From Basidiobolus meristosporus CBS 931.73 (taxonomy: Eukaryota; Fungi; Basidiobolomycota), in the NCBI GenBank assembly GCA_002104905.1, contig MCFE01000128.1:96169-160168 (forward strand): a stretch of DNA of 64,000 nt, written 5' to 3'. Within the stretch, counting starts at the first letter, position 1, and the number at the start of each line of letters is the position of its first letter. Below the pieces are notes generated by a model. That model saw only the letters and a program-made list of their open reading frames with translations. It did no database searches and was not told the DNA's origin. Of this stretch, positions 50,696 to 61,619 are shown one piece after another. A program made the translations under genes and the position numbers.

Positions 50696-51039
50696 GTGGA
50701 TTGAATCCTATATGTTTCAACTACAATAATGGCCAACCTTACTTTAAATATTCAATAAAGCGGCCAATCTTTTGTGGAGTCATGTGATGCGATATATAAC
50801 TTCCAAGCGCCGACATACAAGCGGGCAGGCTACCAAACCCCGAAATACTCTCTTATGTGAGCCTACCAAACCCCGAAATACTCTCTTTGGTTTCTGAACC
50901 TATTCATCACCGCAATCCTCAGTTTTGTCAGTGTATTGCCCATTTCAATCTGCATAGCCCTTAGCACATCTATTTACTACCACCAAGGGTCATGTATCAA
51001 GATATTTATTGCAATCGGATCAATCCGAATATCGGCCTG

Positions 51040-51588
51040 TTAGCAATTATCCACGCATTCAGTTTCTTCCTCAGCCTCAGCCGAGGCAGGTTGCTCCGCG
51101 CAGTCCTCCACGCACTGGGTCTCCTCTGCTGGTTCTGTCTCCTCCGCTGGTTCTGCGTACTGAAGCTCCTGATCAGGCTGCATGTAGACATAAGGATAGG
51201 AGGACTCGTTGTCGGAATGCTCCGCTTCCTTGTCCCTGTGGTACTCCGAAGCATCAGCTGAGCCCTCCAATTCGAGGCTGGGACCGGTCTGGTATTTGAC
51301 ATTCAAGCTTTTCCCATTCTCGGCTTGAGCGGTGTTCAGGCTATCATGCTTTTTAGTGACGGTGGTAAATACCTGCCTCAGTAATGGTACCTTGGCTACT
51401 GGTGCCGATGGAAGTATGAAGGTTCGGGCGTTAGGGAAGCAGGGCGTCGCCTGTTGCCCACATGGCACGGGGCGAAGGTAGACCTTTCGGAACGGACGGA
51501 TACGGGGCGAGGTGTAGGCGGTAGGAACTGCAGTCACCATCTCAAGGGTTACCAAGCCTAAGATAACTGCCAAAGTAGTGAAGCGCAT
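51040..51588 (-). CDS. Secreted protein, paralog of 55065-55562
   Basis: Signal peptide MRFTTLAVILGLVTLEMVTA; shares LLRQVFTTVT.KHD.LN.A...K..NVKYQ.GPSLELEG and ETQCVEDC with the 55065 ORF. Confidence 0.8.
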   Translation of the reverse strand: MRFTTLAVILGLVTLEMVTAVPTAYTSPRIRPFRKVYLRPVPCGQQATPCFPNARTFILPSAPVAKVPLLRQVFTTVTKKHDSLNTAQAENGKSLNVKYQTGPSLELEGSADASEYHRDKEAEHSDNESSYPYVYMQPDQELQYAEPAEETEPAEETQCVEDCAEQPASAEAEEETECVDNC

Positions 51589-51862
51589 TTTCGATGGATA
51601 CAGCCTGAGGTGATGCCTCGCTATAAATACCATCGCCTCCATTTAATAGAGTTTGAGCTTGTTTAATCATAGTGCAGGCGGTCGTTATACTGCTCTTAGT
51701 AATGGCATGGTTGACTACCAATATCTGTGAATGCAACCACCAAAATACCGACCCTATATCTGCTTTTAGGTCAAATTATCCTTTGTTCTCGTCACGCTTT
51801 GATCTAGGTGCGAAATGGATTGGCACCACTGACTGCGCCATAGACTTGAGCCTACAAGCACT

Positions 51863-52634
51863 TTATTGATTAATACTTGCCCAGCTCAGTCCACTTCTAA
51901 ATGGTGTAGGGGTCTTTGGGTCCTTACTGTGAACAAATGCTGAGTCCAGATAAAATGCACCAGTTATGCAAATGTTGCATCTAGCAATATAGTTCCCAGC
52001 TTCAGCTTGAAGGGTGATATGATTGGCATCAACACAGTTCAGAATCCATTGTGCCCATGGGCTATTGGGCAAGCCATATGGTCTAACATGAACAGATGCC
52101 AAATTGTGCGACACTTACTGTCTAAAGCAAGTATGGCATTGTTCCAAGTAGTTTTGTATGTCAGAGTAATTTTGCCATTACCTATATCCATTACCTTTGC
52201 TGGAGATAGCTTACTTGGTTTGGATCACCATACCCATGTACAAATGCATTGGCAGGATTCACTGAATATTTGACACAGCTGTTTCATGGGCCAAGATATT
52301 TGCCAGTTTCTGCTTGCAAGCAAATCCTTTGAGGCAACTTGCATTCCTTTTTAGGTGGCTGATATGCAGGTGCAGGCTTAGGCTGTGAGCCATATCCTTA
52401 ATGTGTAGTCTCAGTGGTCTACGTACCTTCTGGCACTGAAGAACATTGATAGCCACCATATTCACCAATTGCTTGACATCCTTTGGGTATCTGTGGTTTG
52501 TCTTGACCACGATCATATCCATCATGATTGCCATCACCATGACCACAGCCATTTCCACCACCATATCCACCACCATAGACTACATCAAGGGCTCCAAGCA
52601 AGGGTGTGCAAAATAGGAAAGACTTCAACTGCAT
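51863..52634 (-). pseudogene. Decayed secreted protein: Gly-rich N-terminus plus three fascin-like beta-trefoil repeats
   Basis: Signal-like MQLKSFLFCTPLLGA, GGGYGGGNG tract; repeats ICLQAETGKYLG.*NSC..AFVH, GNGKIT..NYLEQCHTC..ASVH, ITLQAEAGNYIARCNIC..AFVH; several stops and frameshifts. Confidence 0.6.
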
Positions 52635-52790
52635 GATAGAAATTGCTAGTTCCACAACTGATTTATCTGATTATTTATTCGACATAAATACATGCATCCT
52701 GTGTTATTGAATCATTGAGATGATTGCATCGATACATGTTCAAGATTTACTTTAATTCCATATAGAAATGTTTTAGCATTTAGCTACATC

Positions 52791-53894
52791 TCAGCTGTAG
52801 ATTAAATCTAATGGAGATTTGCCAGTTACTGGCCCGATATACTTCTCCATAAATGCAATGTCTTTCTCCACTTGAGCCCGATCTAACATATAATCCCGGA
52901 AGCCTAGAGATCAGTGTTCTTGATTTTCCAGATTGGCTTCAGTCCTGCTGGTGGCGGAACATCTATTCTTGGAGACCAAGTGTCCGACATAAAATTCCTC
53001 TGGACGTCATACGAGGTTAACCAGCTGACATAGAGCTTGGCGCCTGCTGGGTGCTTCGCTTTTTTTGAAGATGGCCCCTGTTTGCGCCCAAGATTGGAAA
53101 AAGGTCTTCTTAGGAACGATAGTGGTGCTTTTGGCTCCTTTGATTGGAGTCAATGAGCCACTGGTTGTAAAGCTGGCTAAAGAGGTTCCATTATTGATAT
53201 AGAATGCTGGAGTTCCCGTTCCACGCAATAGGAGGGGCTTTTGCGCAAGGAACGCCTTGAACCACTTAAGACCATGTTGCTTAATCAGCTGCATGAATTA
53301 ATAAAGAACCGCATCATCATCATGGGGATAGGTATAGGTAATTTTGCCCCCTTTGAGCTTTGGGTTTAGGTAGTCCTTGGCTTCAATTGGCCGTTGTTTA
53401 CCATGATGGTGTTACTGATTAAGTTTGTAAAGTAGAATATATTTAAAGCCAATTGGCTTATACCTACGATAAGGTCAGAATTCTTCATCAGCAGTGTATG
53501 AGAAATAGGATGCTTACTTCAGCAATGCTCCTTGGGACTTCCAGCGTGGAAAGTCATGCAAGGTTTGAAGATGAGTGACATCCGGCTCCAAGGCGTCTCC
53601 ACCTCTAGCTAATTGCGTATCAATTAGCTGGTTATGGTACTTGCTAAGGTCAGTGGTGATATTGAGCATAGTTCCAGGGAACTTGCTTTCAAATGCCTTG
53701 ACAATATCGGAGCCAGCATTAGGTAAATCTCCTCCAGCAAATACGGTAATCTTTCCTCCTTCGGCAAGTGCCTCCTTATAGAGTCTTTGAAGCTCAGCTT
53801 CCTCTCTCTTCAGATACCGTGGCCTTGCAAATGACTGCGAAGGGAATAGTGACGTCCCTGCGATAAATAAAACGATAGAAAATGGAAGTTTCAT
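52791..53894 (-). pseudogene. Pseudogene of a secreted ABC-type (AfuA/thiamine-like) periplasmic solute-binding protein
   Basis: Signal peptide, LYKEALAEGGKITVFAGGD..KAFESKFPG..DLSKYH..PDVTHLQTLHDFPRWK; intron 53464-53517; then a deletion/frameshift, TYPHDDDAVLY*, LLRGTGTP, frameshift in an A-run, AKHPAGAKLY.SW, SPRIDVPPPAGLKP. Premature TAA at 53298-53300. Confidence 0.8.
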
Positions 53895-54577
53895 GATTAA
53901 GTAGGGAAGAACAAGGGTGTCTGTGCTATATTTACAGAATTTAAAAGGTAAAAAGTGAATGATTGAGGTGATTATAGACAAATATAACCTCGGGAAGAAC
54001 TTCAAGCACGTTTAGGAAGAACCCAGGAATTCGGTGCGCCAGAATTCTAAATATGGAGTCAACGTAATTCAGTCAGATCGCATTTTAAAAGTTTAGATTG
54101 TCTGGTTTATCCGGCATCGAGTATCAATTCTCTGTGGTTTTACCTCATTACTAAGCCATGCTCAACAGATTATATGCATATCATGACTAATGATTGCACA
54201 AATCCAAGGTCTTCAAAGACCATTAGTGTACATTTGTTACCATTCACCACTCACGGTCCGCTAGACTTTCGTCAGCAACTTCAGCTGGTCACAGACTTAC
54301 CACAAATGTTCAATACCGCATGAAAAGTGTCAATAACAGTTCTTTGGCTTTTATTTATTATTTGAAGGGTCGATAGTCATAGGCTCCAAGGTAGGGTACC
54401 CTTAAAAGTTATGTGTACCACAGGTAGTGACAAATATGGCATGAAAACATAGCAGGTTGTGAGTGGAATATATTGATCTCAAGGTTATATATATGCCATT
54501 GACTTCAGATAGCTTACCTTACCGTATCAATATTATGATCTGAATGCAAAAATTATGATTGAAAACATTTACAAATT

Positions 54578-54659
54578 GGTGAGGTGGCCGAGTGGTCTAA
54601 GGCGCTGCGTTCAGGTCGCAGTCTCTTCGGAGGCGTGGGTTCGAACCCCACCCTCAGCA
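54578..54659 (+). tRNA. tRNA-Leu(CAG)
   Basis: A-box TGGCCGAGTGG, anticodon arm CTGCG-TTCAGGT-CGCAG, long variable arm, T arm GTGGG-TTCGAAC-CCCAC, discriminator A, TTTT terminator at 54661. One G:G mismatch in the acceptor stem. Confidence 0.93.
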
Positions 54660-55064
54660 CTTTTATTATGCTGCTAAAGCTTGCACAAAAATGATTGCAG
54701 CAACCTTAAGAGGAAATATCACAATGCTAACAGTCACTGAGCAGTCTGTCAATCTCGAGTATTTGTGTTACCAATATCAATCCGGTAACACTGACAGATA
54801 TTCTCTCTAATATCATACTTTTCGGTGGAGGGCAGTATTACTAAAGACTGAGAGTTAGTATTTTAGTACGCAAGTGAATATCAAATACTAATGCCCGCAG
54901 TGCTAATCATGATACAAGTATGTACCAGTCAAAAGTGCTGGAGACACAGTTAATGATAATCACAAGTAACAACAAATATAAGAATGTCATTTCAATTTTA
55001 TTGTTTGAAGATTTTCAGTAATAGTGTGGTGATGGCTGCCTACATTTGAAGCATTGTCGCCGCA

Positions 55065-55562
55065 CTAATTGTATTGAACATTTTGCTCTGGACAATCTTC
55101 TACGCATTGCGTTTCTGCCACAGGGGTCGTGTATTGTACATCTTGGGTGGGCTGCATCAGAACGTAGGGAGAGAAAGAACTATCGTCCGAGTGTTCCGCT
55201 CCCTTTTGCTTCGCATATTCTAATGCATTCGCCCCACCCTCCAGTTCGAGACTGGGTCCTGCTTGATACTTGACGTTGAAGCCTTTATTGCTGTTGGCAT
55301 TAGCAATGTTCAGGTTATCGTGCTTTCTGGTCACTGTGGTGAAAACCTGTCGCAATAACGGGGGTTGGACATTCCTCGTCTTAACGACAGGCAAAACTCG
55401 AACGTTTTGGTAGCAATCGCTCGCATACTGAGCACATGGTAAGCTGCGATAATGAACCCCTCTATACTCGCGAGTGCATGGAGAAGAACAGCCGATTGGG
55501 GCAGCAACGGCAACCTGAAGAGCGGCAAGGCCTAGAGTCACTGCTATGGTAGTAGAGCGCAT
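55065..55562 (-). CDS. Secreted protein, paralog of 51040-51588
   Basis: Signal peptide MRSTTIAVTLGLAALQVAVA, same core block as the paralog, TATA-like ctatatag at ~55603-55610 upstream. Confidence 0.8.
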   Translation of the reverse strand: MRSTTIAVTLGLAALQVAVAAPIGCSSPCTREYRGVHYRSLPCAQYASDCYQNVRVLPVVKTRNVQPPLLRQVFTTVTRKHDNLNIANANSNKGFNVKYQAGPSLELEGGANALEYAKQKGAEHSDDSSFSPYVLMQPTQDVQYTTPVAETQCVEDCPEQNVQYN

Positions 55563-55917
55563 GCTGAAGAATAGCTGAGAAATAAGTTAGTTGCATAGGC
55601 CGCTATATAGCATGGGAGGCTATATAATAAGGTTAAACCGAGGGCATAAAGTGAGTCTTGTTACATTCTGTTATAGACTTTATTGAGGAAGCCTGTAACA
55701 TATAAAACACATGCACTGGAATGACAGCCTCTGTGTATATATATGATTCTATCACTGCTGCCCATGATCCTCTTCAATACAAATAATGCCATTATGTACA
55801 ACGATAAGGGACACTATTTCTGTGTGTGCATATCAGAATTTCTAGAGTACTTGTACATCATCAGTATACCGAGTAATATGTTGCTCATTTTATTTCGTAA
55901 ATTTACTTTTACTAGAC

Positions 55918-56463
55918 TTAATGTCTGTTTCCACTGAAATATCTAACTTTGAAGTGGCGACGAGCAGATCTCTTATACTTCTTGTACCCACCTCTAAGCG
56001 CACGCGCTGCTGGCTGAGTGATGATGATTTGAGGCTGTTGCTGCTTGGGCTGGTAGAGGGTTTGATCAATGACTTGCGCCTGATCGAACTGGTTTGAGTT
56101 GGACAAGGCATTGGCTTTACTGGAGGAATGGCCATTGATGTTGTCCAGCAAGGCTTGGGACGGTCGAAGATTGGAAATATCGAACCCTTGCAACCCAGAG
56201 AATCCTGGTTGCTCACCCGAAGTCTCGCTTGTTTGCATTGGCTCACTCATCTCCGAATCATCCCCCTCCTCAGTTGATGGCTGGTATTCTTGACTGGGGG
56301 CCAAAGTATCCTGATAACAAGCACCCTGTTGTTCGACACACGGCTCATTGGTGTAGCCCACCTGGGATTCACCGAGTGGGGTAGCGGAGACTGCTTGCAA
56401 CGAAGCGATGGCGGAAACTAGCAAGAGGAAGGAAAGCTGCATGACTGGCTGGTGGAGTCTCAT
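55918..56463 (-). CDS. Secreted Gln/Ser-rich protein with PC-x6-C motif
   Basis: Signal peptide (M)QLSFLLLVSAIASLQAVSA-TP; YTNEPCVEQQGACYQD; intact, CpG-retaining ORF. Start may be 56442. Confidence 0.7.
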   Translation of the reverse strand: MRLHQPVMQLSFLLLVSAIASLQAVSATPLGESQVGYTNEPCVEQQGACYQDTLAPSQEYQPSTEEGDDSEMSEPMQTSETSGEQPGFSGLQGFDISNLRPSQALLDNINGHSSSKANALSNSNQFDQAQVIDQTLYQPKQQQPQIIITQPAARALRGGYKKYKRSARRHFKVRYFSGNRH

Positions 56464-56989
56464 GCGAATTTTGCCGATTTATATCACCTCGATCCCACTC
56501 AATTAGGCTTCGTTCATAGCGCTAGCTTTATGCAAGCTAGATTGATTTAACTTTTGCTACTTTACCTCTTTGTACCAAGGCTACACAGTATAGGTTGTAC
56601 TTCAAAGTGTGAAGAATGAGGGCGATCTGGTCAATGATATTCTTAATATCATTCAAAATTCTCTCAATTTTTGCAATAACTATCTGTATTAGTAAGGACT
56701 TTGGTAACTGTTTACTAATGAGCTCAAGGGTTACCGTTGATAGACTCCAAGGTCATTACAGTCAATTTCAATGGGTTTTGGTACTCACTTTGTATCGGTG
56801 TAGCTTACCTGGATGGTACTTTGTCCTGTGAGCTTGGTATCTTTGTTCTATCTTTAAGGCAAGTATCTCTTATGATAGTCCTATCATTGCCTGGAAGGTA
56901 CTGTCCTTTGGTAGTGTTGTTTTCTTGCTATACACAGGCTTATATATATTGCTGATCTTACCCTGCCGCAACTGGAGAGCGCAAACAAT

Positions 56990-58638
56990 CAAAATGGATG
57001 TGTCCAAATCTCCTGTGTTAAAGCATTGGTGTTTCTTCATTTAAGTTTCTTATATTGGCTTCCAGATGTGATGGAATATATGTTAGCTTATACAGATTCT
57101 GATCTCTGATACCCAAAGCAATATGGGAACCATTTTGATCAGTGATCTTGCATCTGGAATTGTCAAAGCTGAAACTGAGTCCTTCTGCAGTGACCTTGCT
57201 TACAGATAGTAGGTTTTTGGCTATTTCTGGTACATAGAGTACTTCTTTAAAGGTCATTTTATGGCTTCCTTCACTGCTTCTTAGGTTGACTTGGATAGTT
57301 CCTTCTCCCATTGCATCAAATGTTCTATCATCATCCATGAAAACCTTCTTAATGGGAATTTCCTGATATTGGGTAAAAAGTTCTTTTTGGTGTGTAAAGT
57401 GTTGAGATGCTCCAGAGTCAATATACCATGTCTGAGAATCCTTGTTTGTGGTCATATTTAGTGCAGATATGAATAGTCTATATTCAGTTGTTGCTGCATT
57501 TCCATATTGAGGCTTCTTTTGCTGATTATCTCTCTTTTTGAGACACCAGTCTGATGTGTGTCCTTTCTGTTTGCAGTAGTTGCAAGACAGGTTGCTGTTG
57601 CCTTTGTAGGGTCTTGGGTACCTTCTTTGTTGGTTAACATTGCTTATAAAGGCATTCTCTTCTTCCATCTTATTGGTGTTTGATTTTCTTAATTCTTCAT
57701 CCAGGAGCCTTCCATATATGTAATTTAAGGTCAAATCTTCAGTGCTGGACTCTAGGGCTGATACAAGGCCCCAAAGTTTGTCTGTCAGGCTATTCAGGAT
57801 GGTAACAATCACATCCTCATCAGTAATTGGTACACCCACAGATTCCATATCATCTAGCAACAGGGTAATTCTGTTAATTAGATTTTTCATTTCTTCTCCT
57901 GGCAGCATCTTTGTAGTAAAGAATTTTTGTCTCAGATACATTTTCTTAGCTGCTGAATATGACTGGTAGGTGTCTTCTAATGCCCTCCAGGCATTCTTTG
58001 CTGTTTTTGCTCTTGAGCATTGAATAAGCAATTTGTCCTAAACATTAAGGCAAATGCAGTTGAAGGCACTTTGCTCTTTCTTCTGGTACTTTAAGGCTTC
58101 CCCTCCCACGTTTTTAGGTGCACATTCTTCTCCCATGACAATATCCCAAAGGCCTCTTTCTTGTAGCAGAATCTTCATCTTCACCTTCCACACTTGGTAG
58201 TTAGATCCATCCAACTTTTCAGCAGAGGAAAAATTCCAGTAATAGCAGTAGTAGACATTGCAGAGAGTGACAGTCTGGGGCTCATAGAATGTTGTAAGAG
58301 TCTTGGAGATATTGGAAGTGATTGGGAGAACAAGTAGATTATGTGGTTTTCACTTAATGATTTATTGATTGTAAAAGTAGTATTTGTACTTTTACATGGT
58401 CTTGGCACAGCAAACCCATAGAATAGGTTACAGAGGGTCCCAAGAACATGTGTGCAAAGTTTGGGGCTGTTTGGACAGCTTTGAGAATTTTCATGTTCTA
58501 GGTACTTGGTATTTTGGTGAAAATATTACAAGTAAATCCTGACAAGGAATTAGGTCTGTATTCTCCAAGGTTTGAAGGTAATTATCTAAATGACTAAGCC
58601 AGGTGAATACTTAGGTGGAATTTCAAATTTTTACAACA
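56990..58638 (-). mobile_element. 5' part of a Copia A element (LTR, gag, protease)
   Basis: LTR 58290-58638; ORF 57018-58031 closely matches the gag-PR of 24765-26573; truncated at the GAG-pre-integrase start (~56990). Confidence 0.92.
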
Positions 58639-59125
58639 ATACTCAGTTGTTGCAATTTATTCTCAATGTTTGCACACTGCCTAAACTTTGGATATGTGAT
58701 AAGCACCATTGGCTAGAGATACTGTTACAGTTGTGGCAATAGTTCTGTTGACATTACTATCCTCAATGGCCTCTTGGCTGAAAGGGCTTGTCCAGACACC
58801 CCCTCCCTAGAGAACCATGCGGGATTACAAGCAGGAAAGCCACCCTATGAGTTCCTGATCTCAGTGGATCTGTTCTATTGCACAATTGGAGTGGAAGTAA
58901 GAGTGTGGATGTGGTCAAGAGTAATCCTAATGGACTTATCTATGGTAAAAGTAGCAAGCAAGAAAAGTATCTTTCAATGTGTTTCAGCCAGTAGACAGGT
59001 AAGGTAAAAGAGGGTCTATGCAAGATTGCTTTAGACATAGTTGAACTACCAATCTAGTATGGTATTGAGAGTTAATTAAGGAGTTTATTGAGTGTCTATC
59101 CACTTCTATAGACAGATATAACCCT

Positions 59126-59799
59126 TTAGAGGCTTGAGAACACCTTGCTGGCATCTTCAGCAGTGGATCAGGCGCCTGCCAGGTAAGCTCCAGTGACAAC
59201 TTGGCCGTCAGTTTGTGTAAAATTGGCAAATGGAGTAGGGGGGCCACATACTTGGCTCCAGCAGCGGCCGCTCCTTCTTCAGTTGTAGCCACATTGGCTG
59301 ATTTGAGAATATCAAGCAGGCTTAGCATCACCTCACCCTCTGTAGTGAACCTGGTGACCTTCTTGCCAACAATGATTGATTTGCTTGTGGTGCTGTCAAC
59401 AATCCCAGAGAGAATAGCTGGCCCATGACACACAGCTGAAACAACGCCCCATGCTTGTATATGTCCTTGGCAATATGCTGCAGGCCACAAGCTGTAGGGT
59501 AATCCCACAAGGTTGTGTGCCCAGCAGAAGCAAAGAATAGGCCATAGTCAGCAGGATTGAGTTCCAACACCTTGCAAAGCTGTGAGTTCATTTTGACATT
59601 GAAAGGATGCTCTGGGTCATTCAGCACCTTTTTATGATCCTTGAAGAGAAAGTCTTTCAAAAAGGAGTGCTCATCCACTCTGTGAGTCCCAGTCTTGGAG
59701 GCAAAGTCAGCCTTAAACCTGGGCCATGAGTGCCAAAAAGTACCATAGTGTGCCCAAGAGGCAATGCAGATAAATACTTGGCCAAAGAGTGTGAAACAT
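59126..59799 (-). pseudogene. DJ-1/PfpI (Hsp31, glyoxalase III-like) pseudogene
   Basis: DFASKTG...DEHS, DYGLFFASAGH.TLWDYP, frameshift, GVVSAVCHGPA, GKKVT.FT.EGE, frameshift, TDGQVVTGA.LAGA* (TGA at 59168-59170). The N-terminal segment that normally carries the catalytic Glu appears deleted. Confidence 0.82.
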
Positions 59800-60271
59800 A
59801 GCTCTACATCTTCATGCAAAGTAGCCCCTGTGTTTCACTCACTCTGCGGGAGAATATCCATTTTTTGCACTTGTTTTGGGAATAATATTGTGGACAATGT
59901 GTATGAGCACAGAAAGATGGAAGGCATGCATTTGGTACTGGATACCTATGGCACCCTGAATCTTGCTACATAGATCTGTAGCACTTCTCAAAAATGCATG
60001 ACACTATCTTGGTCCACTGGTACAATTAGGCATTATATTAAAATATTTAGTACCACTGGACCAAGATAGTGCCTTGCATCTTTGTGAAGTGCTACAAGCC
60101 TATGCAGCTAGATTCAGAGTGACATGGGCATTGAGTACTAAATGCATTACATCTGCCCTTCTGTGCTCTTACACCTCATGCCCAGTATTGATCCCAAAAA
60201 AAAATCAAAAATGGGTTTTCTCCAGCACAGTGGGTGAAACATGGGGGTGTTTTGCATAATGCTGTTGAGCT
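59800..60271. repeat. Foldback inverted repeat (about 224-bp arms, 26-bp AT-rich spacer), MITE-like
   Basis: 59800-60023 is the diverged reverse complement of 60050-60271; inner arms ..cactatcttggtccactggtac / gtaccactggaccaagatagtg... Confidence 0.85.
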
Positions 60272-60784
60272 ACCATTCATAATCTGTGTCCAAATATAGG
60301 TCAACTTTGCTTCTCAGGCTCACTATGGTAGTACTTAGCACACATAGCTCATGTAGCACTGTCCAACAGAACCAGTCTATCAAAAATTTAGCCAATGCTA
60401 CTTTGTAAAAAATTTAGTATCCATACTGATTTTCCTTAACCCAGCATATCTGATTCCACTTACAGTTTATTTTATCCCTCTCAGAGTATACTCTTAGCTG
60501 TAACACCTGATCAATTTTGATATGGTTGTTAAATCATCAATTGATCTGCCAAGTCTTTGCAAGTGATTAGTGATCTGAGATCTTTCTAACTACTTAGCAG
60601 TCGCCAAGACATCAGCAAGCTGATGATGCAATTTTCACTTATCTTATGCACCTATCAGCACCCAGGCTGATTTCAATGAACCTGGTGTCTTGGTACTTAC
60701 TAATTCAACTTGATAAGAAAAGTATAAATGAAGTTTACTGAACCTTTTGGCTTAGTATGTGTCTCAAGAAAATTAATATTCACC

Positions 60785-61165
60785 TAGGTAAATTCAATTG
60801 GCAATTGAACAGTAACAGAAGATTCAACAGAAATAAACCAGTCCATACTCATGAAAAGTAAGAGTAATTTTTAAGTTCAGAGGGAAGGAGTATGAAACAG
60901 AGGTAGTAGCTATGTTATGTATACAAATGTAGGAGGTGATTGAGTACCTGAGATCTGCAAGCAAGAGAACCCATAGAGAACCAATCAAATGCCACTTACA
61001 TAGTGTTGTGGTGAGATATTTTGACCAAGTTTTTGTAAAATCTGAGGTGCAGTTTTTTTCTAAATATCTTTGCAATACATCCTTATAGCTTCAAAACCAC
61101 TTTGTCTCAAGATTAAAATTTTGAAATGGCCTTTTGTCAGAATCATGACATTATTTTTCATAGGG
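60785..61165 (+). mobile_element. 3' end of ORF-B arm with terminus (copy 5)
   Basis: Matches 15545-15920 and 20570-20944; ends TTATTTTTCATAGGG at 61165. Confidence 0.65.
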
Positions 61166-61344
61166 ACACTTCTGTCCATAGTGGCCATGGAAAGCTCTAC
61201 AAATTGCTGTGCATAAGAAGAAGGTTACCTTGTTCATGAAAACCAGCTTTGGCAAAGTTGTGGATATTGATAGCAAGTATCAACAAAGCTGTAGTATTGA
61301 TATTGTATTTCCTATATAGCATAGTATTACCTCTCTATTTGAAT

Positions 61345-61428
61345 ATATGTATGATGATGAAAAACTTGGAATTCAGCTGATTTCATGATGGTATCTTGCT
61401 GGCCTTTTCTTGATTTTTTCTCTAAGGG
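61345..61428 (-). mobile_element. Terminus related to the MITE at 27379
   Basis: Reverse complement CCCTTAGAGAAAAAATCAAGAAAAGGCCAGCAAGATACCATCAT matches 27379-27422. Confidence 0.55.
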
Positions 61429-61619
61429 ATACGGATATCCAGCAAAGAATTTGATTAAAGTTTGTTACAGGGCAAACTCAGATCCAATAGCATTAATGGT
61501 TATTACAGCTCTTCATCCAAGTTAGTTGCATAAGGGATCTGATCAATATGGTTTTTGGAGAAGCAGTTCACTTGTGTAGTAAACTTGGTGATTGCACCAA
61601 ATTATTCCCTAAGCTGGGC

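Noticed and set aside
53894-54100. TPP riboswitch upstream of, or in the intron of, the solute-binding-protein pseudogene
   Set aside because: No CTGAGA / ATACC / CCTGA core elements found in the expected order.
54605-54625. TTCA in the anticodon loop suggesting tRNA-Sec or a suppressor
   Set aside because: Stem pairing puts CAG at positions 34-36 and the body matches the eukaryotic Leu(CAG) pattern.
58640-58990. Possible decayed secreted-protein gene on the minus strand, and similar AT-rich DNA at 56550-56990 and 60280-60780
   Set aside because: Only a short hydrophobic stretch, with stops in all frames; no recognisable homology.
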